NCBI GenBank assembly: GCA_043825875.1
Contig: JBDRRF010000035.1
Location: forward strand, 17,751 to 81,750
From: Pseudomonadota bacterium
GTDB lineage: Bacteria; Desulfobacterota; Desulfobacteria; Desulfobacterales; RPRI01
DNA: 64,000 nucleotides
Direction of reading: 5' to 3'
Below, in pieces: positions 10,889 to 20,814 of this stretch. The translations under genes and the position numbers were made by a program. A model generated the notes under the pieces. That model did not search any database, was not told the DNA's origin, and was given only the letters and a program-made list of their open reading frames with translations. Each line of letters begins with the position of its first letter. Positions within the stretch are counted from its first letter, which is position 1.

Positions 10889-11599
10889 TCATATCTGTTG
10901 TTTTTTGTGTGTTTTTAAATTCAGCATTTCAACAAATACGGAAAACCCCATAGCAAAATATATGTATCCTTTGGGAATATGCATATCGAGACCTTCGCCA
11001 ACAAGGGCCATGCCAATTAAAAGAAGAAAACTTAATGCCAGAATTTTAATGGTGGGGTGATTATCTACAAACGAACTTAAAGGAGCCGAAAAAATCATCA
11101 TAAATATTACTGCAAGAACAATAGCAATAACCATTATCTCGATCCTGTTTGCAAGACCTATGGCTGTTATAACAGAATCAAGGGAAAAAATAATATCAAG
11201 AAACATTATCTGAATTACTACACTTAAAAAAGTTGTTTTGCCGGTCTTTGTTGGATTATGTTCTGATCCCTCAAGTTTTTCATGGATTTCAAGAGTGCTT
11301 TTTCCAAGCAGAAACAGCCCTCCGATAATAAGAATTATATCTCTTCCCGAAATATCATTGTTTATAACCGTAAAAATCGGTTTTGTAAGACGCATTATGA
11401 GGGTCAAGGAAAAAAGGAGGGCTATGCGCGTAATCATTGCAAGGGCAAGGCCTGTAATACGTGCCTTGCCCTGTTGATCTGCGGGAAGTTTGCCTGCAAG
11501 TATCGCAATAAAAATTATATTATCGACACCAAGAACAATTTCAAGCAGTGTAAGAGTTACCAGTGCAAGCCAGATACCCGGCTCAAAAAGCCATGACAT
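10889..11599 (-). CDS. TerC family membrane protein
   Basis: LEIVLGVDNIIFI, DIIFSLDSVITAIG, KGYIYFAMGFS motifs. Confidence 0.93.
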   Translation of the reverse strand: MSWLFEPGIWLALVTLTLLEIVLGVDNIIFIAILAGKLPADQQGKARITGLALAMITRIALLFSLTLIMRLTKPIFTVINNDISGRDIILIIGGLFLLGKSTLEIHEKLEGSEHNPTKTGKTTFLSVVIQIMFLDIIFSLDSVITAIGLANRIEIMVIAIVLAVIFMMIFSAPLSSFVDNHPTIKILALSFLLLIGMALVGEGLDMHIPKGYIYFAMGFSVFVEMLNLKTHKKQQI

Positions 11600-11623
11600 A
11601 AATTGTCTCTTGTTAGATTATTT

Positions 11624-11944
11624 CTAAGATAATGGCAGATCCTCACCTAAAGATCTTTTAAAAGTATAATCGATATTTTGACCTAAAAGAGCATCATAAG
11701 CTTTATCTGTACTGTCATCAATCAGTGTAAACGGATAGGCAACAGCAAAAATTACCGCTCCTACAGGAACAAGCACAATGCCGATAGGTCTTGCGATCAA
11801 AAGATCCAATGTATATTCAAGGGCATTAGGCCCTTTTTCTCCTGTAGCCGATCCATTTTCCAATGTTGCAAAAGAAGCTGACGGTATAATAATCAGACAG
11901 AAAATTAACAATGAGATGGTTAATTTTTTGAAATTGTTAAACAT
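11624..11944 (-). CDS. hypothetical exported/membrane protein
   Basis: Signal-peptide-like N-terminus, DLLIARPIG...YTFKRSLG pattern, GGAGG RBS. Confidence 0.7.
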   Translation of the reverse strand: MFNNFKKLTISLLIFCLIIIPSASFATLENGSATGEKGPNALEYTLDLLIARPIGIVLVPVGAVIFAVAYPFTLIDDSTDKAYDALLGQNIDYTFKRSLGEDLPLS

Positions 11945-12142
11945 GCTATCCTCCGTATTTTCTAATATTTTTTCACCTTACCGCTTTAATTTTTTACAAA
12001 TCGAGAATGTAGCTATACCCGTTACCAATATTAGTTATTAATCTGTTGCTAAAAACTGCTTGTGGTAATATTTAAAACCGCCTGTCAAAAAAGTCAATAT
12101 TTTGGGAAACGCTATAAAGATAAAAAGCATATTTAAATTATG

Positions 12143-12284
12143 GAGCCAGTTTCAAAACGTCCCATTTTGGCCGATCTCTGCGTTGGGCTCAAATTTTAAT
12201 CCTCGAAATACTCCATGTATTCCTGCGGGTAAAATTTTCGCCCGCCTTGAGCTTGACCAAACTGAAACGTTTTGAAAGTGGCTC
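12143..12284. mobile_element. MITE (142 bp) with 18-bp terminal inverted repeats and 4-bp target duplication
   Basis: GAGCCAGTTTCAAAACGT ... ACGTTTTGAAAGTGGCTC (1 mismatch), TATG on both flanks (12139-12142, 12285-12288); second partial copy at 2824-2878. Confidence 0.85.
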
Positions 12285-12771
12285 TATGGAATTGTGAATT
12301 AAGTCCGCAATAAAAAAACAGGAATTTTCTAACTTTTTTACCAATATAGCAGCAATGATTTTTTATTTGGTGGGAAAAGAGATTAACATCTTCCGTGCTT
12401 TAAAATCAAACAAATATCTTCTTCATTAATTTTGAATATTGCCATCATAATTCTTTATAATATCATTGTTTTTTTTCAGTCTTCTTTAGTTTTGGTTTTT
12501 TCTTTTTAAGACATATTCTGTCTTTTCTAACAAAAGCACATAGCTTGGGATTGTAATATTCTTTACAATTTAACGGATTATATAGTGGGCATTCAGGATG
12601 TTTTACCGACATAGCCTGTTTTTCCTTCTGAAAATATTATTGTCTTGAAAAAATAGTTTTTGTAAATAATAATTTTATCTTGCCTTGGAACTAATTTATA
12701 GTTTAAAGTTTAATACCATAAAATATTAAACTTTACAAGCTATTACCTAAAATTAAATCGGAGGGTGTAAA

Positions 12772-13497
12772 ATGGCCGGACTTGCTGTAAATGTAGATCA
12801 TGTAGCCACACTCAGAAAAGCTAGAGAAAATATAAGTTACCCTGCCCCGGTTTACGCAGCGGTGCTGGCCGAGCTTGCCGGTGCTGATGGAATTGTAATT
12901 CATCTCAGAGAAGACCGGCGTCATATACAGGATAATGACTTAAAAATATTAAGAAATATAGTTCAGACAAAACTTATACTGGAAATGGCCGCTACTTCTG
13001 AAATGATAGAAATAGCTCTTAGCGTAAAACCTGATGTAGTTACATTTGTTCCGGAAAAACGAAGCGAATTAACAACAGAAGGAGGGCTTAATCTTTTAAT
13101 TCACGCCAATGCAATTTCAGAATGTGTCGCAACTCTTCAAAATTCCGGAATCCCTGTCAGTATTTTTATCGACCCGGAACCCGAACAGGTTAAACTGGCA
13201 CATAAAATCCATGCTGCTATGGTTGAACTTCATACCGGCACTTTTGTTGAGGCCAAAACAAAGACAAAAAAAGAAAAAGTGCTTTCCGATATACGCAATT
13301 GCGCTATACTGGCAAACAAGCTGAAAATGAAAGTAAATGCAGGACATGGTTTATGTTATCAAAGTATAAAAGCCTTTAAGGGCATTACTGAAATCAGCGA
13401 ATTCAGCATCGGCCACAGCATTATAGCAAGAGCCGTTATGGTTGGCATGGAAAGAGCTGTGAAAGATATGATAGCTCTTATTAAAGATTTAAGATGA
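12772..13497 (+). CDS. pdxJ: pyridoxine 5'-phosphate synthase
   Basis: VNVDHVATLR, HLREDRRHI, VPEKRSELTTEGGL, ELHTG, NAGHGL, IGHSII. Confidence 0.97.
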   Translation: MAGLAVNVDHVATLRKARENISYPAPVYAAVLAELAGADGIVIHLREDRRHIQDNDLKILRNIVQTKLILEMAATSEMIEIALSVKPDVVTFVPEKRSELTTEGGLNLLIHANAISECVATLQNSGIPVSIFIDPEPEQVKLAHKIHAAMVELHTGTFVEAKTKTKKEKVLSDIRNCAILANKLKMKVNAGHGLCYQSIKAFKGITEISEFSIGHSIIARAVMVGMERAVKDMIALIKDLR

Positions 13498-13522
13498 CAA
13501 ATTGTAAACATTACAAAAAATT

Positions 13523-14236
13523 ATGAAAGAATATACAATACATCCGTGTGCGGTGGGTATAAATGAAACAGACCAGGGAATTATGACCTACCTGCGTGAC
13601 TATGGGAAAAGAATACTTCTTCCCGTTTATATGTTTTATATTAAAGGTGGAGATAAAAATATCATAGTCGATACTGGCCTGGAACAGTTTGTCGTTTCAG
13701 AAGAAACCGAAAAAAAATGCGGATTCAAAGTACTAGAGTTTGAATCCGCTCTTGATTCTTTTAATCTTACACCTGAAGAGATTGATATAATAATTCATAC
13801 CCATCTTCATAATGATCATTGTGAAAATGATTATAAATGTAAAAATGCCGTTGTATATGTGCAAAAAGCCGAACTGGACTTTTTCAAAAACCCTCATCCG
13901 ATAGATCACAGATATTATCCTGATGTTCTCGATGATGTTAATGTCGTTGAAATAGAAGGCGATGTTAAAATAGAAGACGGAATAGAAGTAATTTTTTCAC
14001 CGGGTCATACGGTCGGAGGTCAGTCCGTTTCAATAAACACTTCAAAAGGCAAAGCCGTTATCACTGGTTTTTGCTGCAATGAAAAAAATTTTCCTGAAAT
14101 AGGGCCTGCAATATGTCCCGGTGTTCACATTGATGTTATTAAAGCCTACGAGTCTGCGCAGAAAATAAAAAATCTGGCTGATATTTTAATACCGCTTCAT
14201 GATATTTCTATAGGAAGACAAAAACAGATTCCTTGA
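13523..14236 (+). CDS. metallo-beta-lactamase-fold lactonase (N-acyl homoserine lactonase family)
   Basis: VDTG, HTHLHNDH, PGHTVGGQSV, IPLHD motifs. Confidence 0.85.
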   Translation: MKEYTIHPCAVGINETDQGIMTYLRDYGKRILLPVYMFYIKGGDKNIIVDTGLEQFVVSEETEKKCGFKVLEFESALDSFNLTPEEIDIIIHTHLHNDHCENDYKCKNAVVYVQKAELDFFKNPHPIDHRYYPDVLDDVNVVEIEGDVKIEDGIEVIFSPGHTVGGQSVSINTSKGKAVITGFCCNEKNFPEIGPAICPGVHIDVIKAYESAQKIKNLADILIPLHDISIGRQKQIP

Positions 14237-14412
14237 AAATATATATGAAAGATATTTATCCAACTCTTAAATTTTGCTATATATTTTACACCTTGTAAAA
14301 AATATCGACAAAGACCGGCGTTTTTTTATTACTACATATTAATCGCTTGGTATATCATATTGATTAAATTGCATTTCAAGTTGTTATATTCTGCTAATCA
14401 TGTCTTTTCCAG

Positions 14413-14428
14413 TGGCATATCATTTGCT
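14413..14428 (+). promoter_or_regulatory. sigma54 (-24/-12) promoter
   Basis: TGGCATATCATTTGCT, with GG and GC at exact -24/-12 spacing, 48 nt before the USP start. Confidence 0.75.
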
Positions 14429-14476
14429 TAAACATAATTATAGCGCGTAATTTATTAATAGTAAGGAGGGTTAGAT

Positions 14477-14941
14477 ATGGAATTTAAAAAAATTTTATTC
14501 CCCATTGATTTTTCAGAAGCATCTCCAAAAATTGTTCCTTATGTAACAGAAATGGCAGATAAATTTAATTCGGAAATTCACGTTTTGTTTGTTGCACGTG
14601 CTTTTCAATATTTTACCACCATATATGTGCCACATCCTTCCGTTGATCTTTTTGAAAGTGCTATTGTTGACGGAGGCAGAAAAAGTATTGAGGAATTTAC
14701 AGAAAAATATTTCAAAGAGCCTGAAAAAATTATAATTTCTATTGTAAATGGTGATGCAGCGGAAGAAATCATTAATTACATAAATGAAAAAGATATAGAC
14801 CTTCTCATAATGGGCACTCATGGAAGAAAGGGTATCGATAAGTTAATTTTTGGGTCTGTTGCCGAAAAAGTGACGAAAGCCACACCCATTCCGATGATGT
14901 TGATAAAACCATATAAAACAAAAAAAATTATAGATGCATAA
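14477..14941 (+). CDS. universal stress protein (UspA family)
   Basis: FKKILFPIDFS, DLLIMGTHGRKG..FGSVAEKV; AGGAGG RBS. Confidence 0.93.
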   Translation: MEFKKILFPIDFSEASPKIVPYVTEMADKFNSEIHVLFVARAFQYFTTIYVPHPSVDLFESAIVDGGRKSIEEFTEKYFKEPEKIIISIVNGDAAEEIINYINEKDIDLLIMGTHGRKGIDKLIFGSVAEKVTKATPIPMMLIKPYKTKKIIDA

Positions 14942-14959
14942 AACAGGGAGTTAATCTTT

Positions 14960-17653
14960 ATGGGTGTTGATAATCTGGATAAGATATTTCAACCAAAATC
15001 AATAGCAGTAATAGGTGCAAGTGAAAATAAAGAAAGTGTAGGTTTTGCCATCATGCGAAATTTGATTAACGGGAAATTCTCCGGAAACATATATCCCGTT
15101 AATCCTTTAAACAAAACACTTTGGAATCTTAAAGCCTATGCATCTGTAACCGAAATTGATTCTATGGTAGATCTTGCGATTATTGCCATTCCAATTGCAT
15201 CTGCTCCAAAAATAGTAAATGAGTGCGCAAAATCCGGTATAGGCGGTGCTATAATTATTTCGGCGGGAGGCAAAGAAACCGGCCAAAAGGGAAAAGAGAT
15301 CGAAATTGCCATAAAAAAAGAATCTGAAGCTTCAGGTATTCGCGTAATAGGCCCTAATTGTCTTGGGGTAGTATGTACAAAATCAAATCTGAATGCCAGT
15401 TTTGCTGGTCAGATGCCTATAATGGGAAAAATGGCATTCATATCCCAAAGCGGGGCAATATGTTCGGCTATTATGGATCTATCAATAAAGGAGCAAATCG
15501 GTTTTAGTTATTTTGTCAGCGTTGGTTCGATGCTCGATGTCGATTTCGGAGATATGATAGATTTTATCGGCCAGGACCCTAATGTGGGCAGCATAGTTAT
15601 GTATGTGGAAAATCTGACAAATATCAGATATTTCATGAGTGCTGCAAGGGCTGTTTCAAGGATTAAGCCAATTATTGCTTTAAAGTCGGGACGGACAAGA
15701 GCAGGAGCTGCTGCTGCTGCTTCTCATACCGGAGCACTTGCCGGAGAAGATGATATTTATGATGCTGCATTCAAACGCGCAGGAATAGTGCGTGTTAAAA
15801 CTTTTGAAGAACTGTTTGACTGTGCGGAGCTTCTTGCAAAAAAGCCACATTCATCAGGCCCTGGACTTGCAATAATTACCAATGCCGGAGGGCTGGGAGT
15901 TATGGCAGTTGATGCCCTTTCCGATTATAATATAGAACCCGTATCTCTGTCAGCGAAAACCATACAAAAACTCGATGAAGTACTTCCGGATTACTGGAGC
16001 CATTCAAATCCGATTGATTTAATCGGAGATGCCGACCATGAGCGATACTTAGAAGCCGTTAAAATCTGTATTGAGGCTCCCGAAATAAACGGCCTGTTGG
16101 TAATTCTCGTTCCGCAGGGTTTGAATGACCCCGAAAATATTGCAAAAATTCTTGCGGATTATCTTAAGGATAATCAATTTCCGGTTTTTACCTCATGGCT
16201 TGGCGGTTCGGGTGTTGAAAAAGGCCGGCAGATTTTAAATGATGCCCGTATCCCAACTTTTGATACTCCTGAACGTGCGGTAAGGGCTTTCATGGATCTT
16301 TACAAGCATTCTAAAAATATAGAACTGCTTCAGGAAACCCCCGCAAGACTACCCGGAAAGCTTAAGTTCGACCGTGAAAGTGCGTCCTTGATTATAGAAA
16401 ACGGGATTGAAAACGGACATTTTCTTCTTAACGAGGTTGAAGCAAAATCTTTGCTTCTTTCTTACGGCATTCCAATTAATCAAACCGAATTAGTCTGCTC
16501 TGCCAAAGAAGCTGCACAAAAAGCCAAAGAAATAGGCTTCCCGGTTGCCATGAAGATTTGTTCAAGAGATGTCGTGCATAAAACCTCCGTAGATGGAATC
16601 CGGCTTGGTTTAAACAGCATTTCAGATGTCGAAAAAGCCTACGAAAGTATATTAGCCTCTTGTCTTTCATGTAAGCCTGAAGCAAAAATAGACGGGGTTA
16701 CAATTCAGCCTATGCTCAAACGGCCGGATTTTGAGATTATACTTGGAATAAAAAAAGACAGAGATTTCGGTCCGGTAATTCTTTTTGGAATGGGTGGAGT
16801 AATGACTGAAGTATTAAAAGACAGGGCTATAGCGTTCCCGCCTCTTACCCGTCTTCTTGCAAGAAGACTTATGGAAGAGACCAAGATCTACAGGATTTTA
16901 AAAGGTCAAGCACGTAATGCTACGACAGACTTATATCTTATTGAAGAGATCCTTATACGCCTTGCCCAGCTTGCGGCAGATTTTCCGGAAATAGAAGAAC
17001 TGGATTTAAATCCACTTATTTTCACAGAAAACTCAGTATGTGCCATTGATGCGCGGGTACTTATAAAACGGTCTGAAACTAAAGCACCTTTGCATCTTAT
17101 CATAAGTCCATATCCCAATCAGCATGAAAGTCATATTTCTGTCGGTGACAATATCAATTTATTTGTAAGACCTATCAGACCGGAAGATGCTTCTCTTATA
17201 GAAGATCTTTTCAAAACTCTTTCTCCGCAAACTATCTACTTCAGGTTTTTTGCGCCCATGAAATATATCTCTCCCACTATGCTGGCACGATTTACTCAGA
17301 TCGACTACGACAGGGAAATTGCTCTGGTTGCCATTCTTGAATCAGAAACCGATGAAAAAATTGTTGGTGTTGCGCGTGTCATTAGTCAACGAAACCCCAA
17401 ACATGCTGAATTTGCAGTTCTTGTAGCCGATAATTGGCACGGAAAAGGGATCGGGGCCACTCTTTTAAGGCGCTGTCTTAATATTGCAAAAGATCATGGC
17501 ATTGAAAAGGTATGGGGAACCGTTCTTGCTGAAAATACGCAGATGCTGGCTATGGGAAAAAAAATGGGCTTTAAGGTTGAGAGAGTTCCTGATGAAAATG
17601 AATATCAATTGATAATTGATCTTACAAAGCCATATGATGGTATGAATAAATAA
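14960..17653 (+). CDS. NDP-forming acyl-CoA synthetase-like protein fused to a C-terminal GNAT domain (Pat/PatZ-type protein lysine acetyltransferase architecture)
   Basis: SIAVIGAS, GPNCLG, SQSGA, ASHTGALAG, TNAGG, NPIDL, ATP-grasp region, DLNPL; C-terminal RPIRPED...WHGKGIG GNAT. Confidence 0.92.
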   Translation: MGVDNLDKIFQPKSIAVIGASENKESVGFAIMRNLINGKFSGNIYPVNPLNKTLWNLKAYASVTEIDSMVDLAIIAIPIASAPKIVNECAKSGIGGAIIISAGGKETGQKGKEIEIAIKKESEASGIRVIGPNCLGVVCTKSNLNASFAGQMPIMGKMAFISQSGAICSAIMDLSIKEQIGFSYFVSVGSMLDVDFGDMIDFIGQDPNVGSIVMYVENLTNIRYFMSAARAVSRIKPIIALKSGRTRAGAAAAASHTGALAGEDDIYDAAFKRAGIVRVKTFEELFDCAELLAKKPHSSGPGLAIITNAGGLGVMAVDALSDYNIEPVSLSAKTIQKLDEVLPDYWSHSNPIDLIGDADHERYLEAVKICIEAPEINGLLVILVPQGLNDPENIAKILADYLKDNQFPVFTSWLGGSGVEKGRQILNDARIPTFDTPERAVRAFMDLYKHSKNIELLQETPARLPGKLKFDRESASLIIENGIENGHFLLNEVEAKSLLLSYGIPINQTELVCSAKEAAQKAKEIGFPVAMKICSRDVVHKTSVDGIRLGLNSISDVEKAYESILASCLSCKPEAKIDGVTIQPMLKRPDFEIILGIKKDRDFGPVILFGMGGVMTEVLKDRAIAFPPLTRLLARRLMEETKIYRILKGQARNATTDLYLIEEILIRLAQLAADFPEIEELDLNPLIFTENSVCAIDARVLIKRSETKAPLHLIISPYPNQHESHISVGDNINLFVRPIRPEDASLIEDLFKTLSPQTIYFRFFAPMKYISPTMLARFTQIDYDREIALVAILESETDEKIVGVARVISQRNPKHAEFAVLVADNWHGKGIGATLLRRCLNIAKDHGIEKVWGTVLAENTQMLAMGKKMGFKVERVPDENEYQLIIDLTKPYDGMNK

Positions 17654-17676
17654 TTAAATAGGGGAGGGGAGATACT

Positions 17677-18618
17677 ATGAAAAATATAATCAAAGTACTT
17701 ATTCCTGTTGATGGTTCCAAACAATCTCTTGCTGCAGTACGCTATGTTGGAAGTATTCTTAAACCCAAAAATATAAAAGTGGTTTTTTTTTATGTTGATT
17801 CGGAATTACCTGAATCTTTCTGGGATTTGGGAAAAAATCCTGATTTCCGTTCAAAATTAGCGCCTGTAAAAGCATGGGCAGCACAGCGGAAACAACTCGT
17901 CAATGATGCAATGAATAAAGCCGTTAAAATTCTTATAAATGCCGGATTCCCAGCTGAAGCTTTATCAACAAAGATCCAGGGAAGAAAGATCGGAATAGCC
18001 AGAGACATCTTGCAGGAGGCTAACAGCAAAGACTATAAAGCAATTATAGTCGGGCGTACCGGAATGAGCAATGCTAAGGAAATTGTATTGGGAAGTGTGA
18101 CAAACAAACTGATCGGGAATCTGGTTAATATGCCGCTTGTGGTTATTGGAGGCAAACCCAATACAAAAAAATTTCTTATAGCATTTGACGGATCAAAAGG
18201 CTCTATGAAATGTGTTGCAACTGTGGGCGCAATGCTCAATAACACTGATTCCGAGATAATGATATGCCATGTAATAAGATCTCTTGGCATTGAACAGCAA
18301 GGTTTAAGTGAAATTCCCATGGCAAAGATAGAAAAAGACTGGAATGAAGCAAACATAAATAAAATTAAACCGGCTATGGAAGAAGCCAAGAAAAAGCTTA
18401 TTTCCGCAGGTATTGATCCATCAAGAATATCGAAAAAAATTCTTACAGATAAAGCAAGCAGGGCCGTAAGTATTATAGCAGAAGCAAAAGAGGGAGGTTA
18501 TGGAACTATCGTGCTTGGAAGGCGCGGGCTTTCTGCAACTCAAGAGTATTTTATTGGAAGAGTAAGCAGAAAGATTTTACATATGGCGAAAAAGTATGCT
18601 GTCTGGGTGGTAAATTAG
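17677..18618 (+). CDS. tandem-domain universal stress protein
   Basis: Two USP domains (VLIPVDGS...GRTG..GSVT; FLIAFDGS...GRRG..GRVS). Confidence 0.9.
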   Translation: MKNIIKVLIPVDGSKQSLAAVRYVGSILKPKNIKVVFFYVDSELPESFWDLGKNPDFRSKLAPVKAWAAQRKQLVNDAMNKAVKILINAGFPAEALSTKIQGRKIGIARDILQEANSKDYKAIIVGRTGMSNAKEIVLGSVTNKLIGNLVNMPLVVIGGKPNTKKFLIAFDGSKGSMKCVATVGAMLNNTDSEIMICHVIRSLGIEQQGLSEIPMAKIEKDWNEANINKIKPAMEEAKKKLISAGIDPSRISKKILTDKASRAVSIIAEAKEGGYGTIVLGRRGLSATQEYFIGRVSRKILHMAKKYAVWVVN

Positions 18619-18691
18619 AGTATAATACTTATATATCATTTATTTAATACAGTTTCTTGACAAAAAATGCATCAGGATATAAAAATGTAAT

Positions 18692-19159
18692 ATGAATTTT
18701 AAAGAAAAGATGGTCTTATTCCTTGCAACCGGTTTTTATGTTGGGAATATTCCAAAAGCTCCCGGTACATTCGGCACTATCGAGGGGCTTTTATTTTGCT
18801 TTTTTTTATCCAAAATGGCATTGTTTTATGTCATAATCTTTGTAGCCTTTTTCATTTTATTTTCAATCCGGATTTCAGATAGAGCCGAAAGGATATTGCA
18901 GGAAAAGGATTCCGGTAGTATTGTAATTGACGAAATAGCAGGAATTATGGTAACCCTTATCGGAATACCATTTAATTTCATTACTGTAATTTCAGGTTTT
19001 TTTGTTTTTAGGTTGTTAGATATCATAAAACCGTTTCCAATTTGCTCAGTTGAAAAAAGGCTTTCAGGGGGGTTTGGAATAGTAATGGATGATGTTGTAG
19101 CCGGGATAATTGGCAACTGTATTTTACGGGTAATATTTTATTCAACCGGTTTGATTTAA
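18692..19159 (+). CDS. pgpA: phosphatidylglycerophosphatase A
   Basis: APGTFGT, DSGSIVIDEIAG, FRLLDIIKPFP, GFGIVMDDVVAG. Confidence 0.95.
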   Translation: MNFKEKMVLFLATGFYVGNIPKAPGTFGTIEGLLFCFFLSKMALFYVIIFVAFFILFSIRISDRAERILQEKDSGSIVIDEIAGIMVTLIGIPFNFITVISGFFVFRLLDIIKPFPICSVEKRLSGGFGIVMDDVVAGIIGNCILRVIFYSTGLI

Positions 19160-19200
19160 CCTAAAAGAACTTAACAAACAGAAAAGGTGTCTAATATAAA

Positions 19201-19863
19201 TTGAAATCAAAGAATATTAAGACTGTAAGCAAAGACGAAGCTATAAAGAAAGAGACAAAAAAAAAGGGCGCTCTTAGGGAAAATATAGAGGCGATTATTA
19301 TAGCCATAGTTCTTGCCATGTTTATAAGGACATTTGTTGTACAGGCTTTTAAGATTCCTTCGGGATCTATGAAAGAAACGCTTCAGATAGGAGACCATAT
19401 TCTCGTAAATAAATTCATATTCGGAGTTAAAATTCCTTTTTTAAGAACGACTCTGATAGATGTAAAAAAGCCTAAAAGATTTGATATTGTTGTCTTCAAG
19501 TTTCCCGAAGATCCCAGTAAAGATTTTATTAAAAGAGTTATTGGACTTGAGGGGGATATCGTGGAGATACGCAATAAAAAGGTCTATATAAATAATGAGC
19601 CTATCAAAGATACTTATGGTCAGTTTACCGATCCTTCTTTTTTCCCTACAGGTGATAAGCCGAAAGACAATTTCGGGCCTGTTAAAGTGCCTCCTCATTC
19701 AATATTTGTCATGGGAGACAACAGGGATCACAGTTATGACAGCAGATGGTGGGGTTTTGTTGACCTGAAGGCTTTAGAGGGCAAGGCGATGATTATATAC
19801 TGGTCTTGGGATGGGGACAATTTCGGAGTCAGGTGGAACAGGCTTGGAAAAATATTAAGATAA
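19201..19863 (+). CDS. lepB: signal peptidase I
   Basis: IPSGSM, GDHILVNK, FIKRVIG, MGDNRDHSYDSR; TTG start. Confidence 0.96.
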   Translation: MKSKNIKTVSKDEAIKKETKKKGALRENIEAIIIAIVLAMFIRTFVVQAFKIPSGSMKETLQIGDHILVNKFIFGVKIPFLRTTLIDVKKPKRFDIVVFKFPEDPSKDFIKRVIGLEGDIVEIRNKKVYINNEPIKDTYGQFTDPSFFPTGDKPKDNFGPVKVPPHSIFVMGDNRDHSYDSRWWGFVDLKALEGKAMIIYWSWDGDNFGVRWNRLGKILR

Positions 19864-19875
19864 GGCAGGTGCAAT

Positions 19876-20814
19876 ATGCAGTTTGAAAGGAAACACATTC
19901 TTGATATGGAATCCCTTTCAGCAGAAGAAATTACTTTTATTATTGACACCGCTGACCGGCTAAAAGAAATTTCAAGAAGACCGGTAAAAAAAGTACCGAC
20001 ATTAAGAGGCAAAACTGTGGTACTTTTTTTTTATGAAGCAAGCACCCGTACCCGTTCTTCTTTCGAACTGGCTGCGAAACGTTTGAGCGCTGACAGTATT
20101 TCCATATCAAAATCTTCCAGCAGTATTGTTAAAGGAGAAACTTTAATAGATACTGCTAAAAATCTTGAAGCTATGAACCCGGATGTAATTATTATCAGGC
20201 ACTCTTCGGCAGGAGCACCACATATGCTTGCAAAAGTGCTAAAAACATCAATAATCAATGCCGGTGATGGAATGCATGCTCATCCCAGCCAGGCGCTTTT
20301 GGATATAATGACGGTAAGAGAAAAGAAAGGCTTTATAAAGGGCCTGCAAATTGCAATAATTGGAGATATATCTCACAGCAGAGTTGCTAGATCAGACATT
20401 ACAGGCTTTACTAAAATGGGGGCCAATGTAGTTGTTGCCGGCCCTTTAACAATGATTCCAAAAGGTATAGAAAGTCTTGGCGCTCATGTTGCAGAAAGTT
20501 CAGATGTTGCCGTAAAAAACGCAGATGTAATAATTATGTTAAGGATACAGAAAGAAAGGCAGAACAGTTTTTTATATCCTTCCGATCGTGAATATTCCAA
20601 AGTTTTTGGCCTTAACCGGCAAAGGATCAAAAAAGCAAAAAAAGACGTTCTGATTATGCATCCCGGCCCTATAAACAGAGGGGTTGAAATCTCATCCGAA
20701 TTGGCAGACGGACCTTATTCAATTATTCTTGATCAGGTGACAAATGGTGTTTCATTACGTATGGCTCTTTTGTATCTAACCACCGGAGGTATTCGAAATG
20801 TTGACTCTGATTAA
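19876..20814 (+). CDS. pyrB: aspartate carbamoyltransferase catalytic subunit
   Basis: [45 protein letters not shown]. Confidence 0.97.
   Translation: MQFERKHILDMESLSAEEITFIIDTADRLKEISRRPVKKVPTLRGKTVVLFFYEASTRTRSSFELAAKRLSADSISISKSSSSIVKGETLIDTAKNLEAMNPDVIIIRHSSAGAPHMLAKVLKTSIINAGDGMHAHPSQALLDIMTVREKKGFIKGLQIAIIGDISHSRVARSDITGFTKMGANVVVAGPLTMIPKGIESLGAHVAESSDVAVKNADVIIMLRIQKERQNSFLYPSDREYSKVFGLNRQRIKKAKKDVLIMHPGPINRGVEISSELADGPYSIILDQVTNGVSLRMALLYLTTGGIRNVDSD

Noticed and set aside
12300..12770. Possible decayed gene in the AT-rich gap before pdxJ
   Set aside because: Only short stop-riddled frames with no recognisable family.
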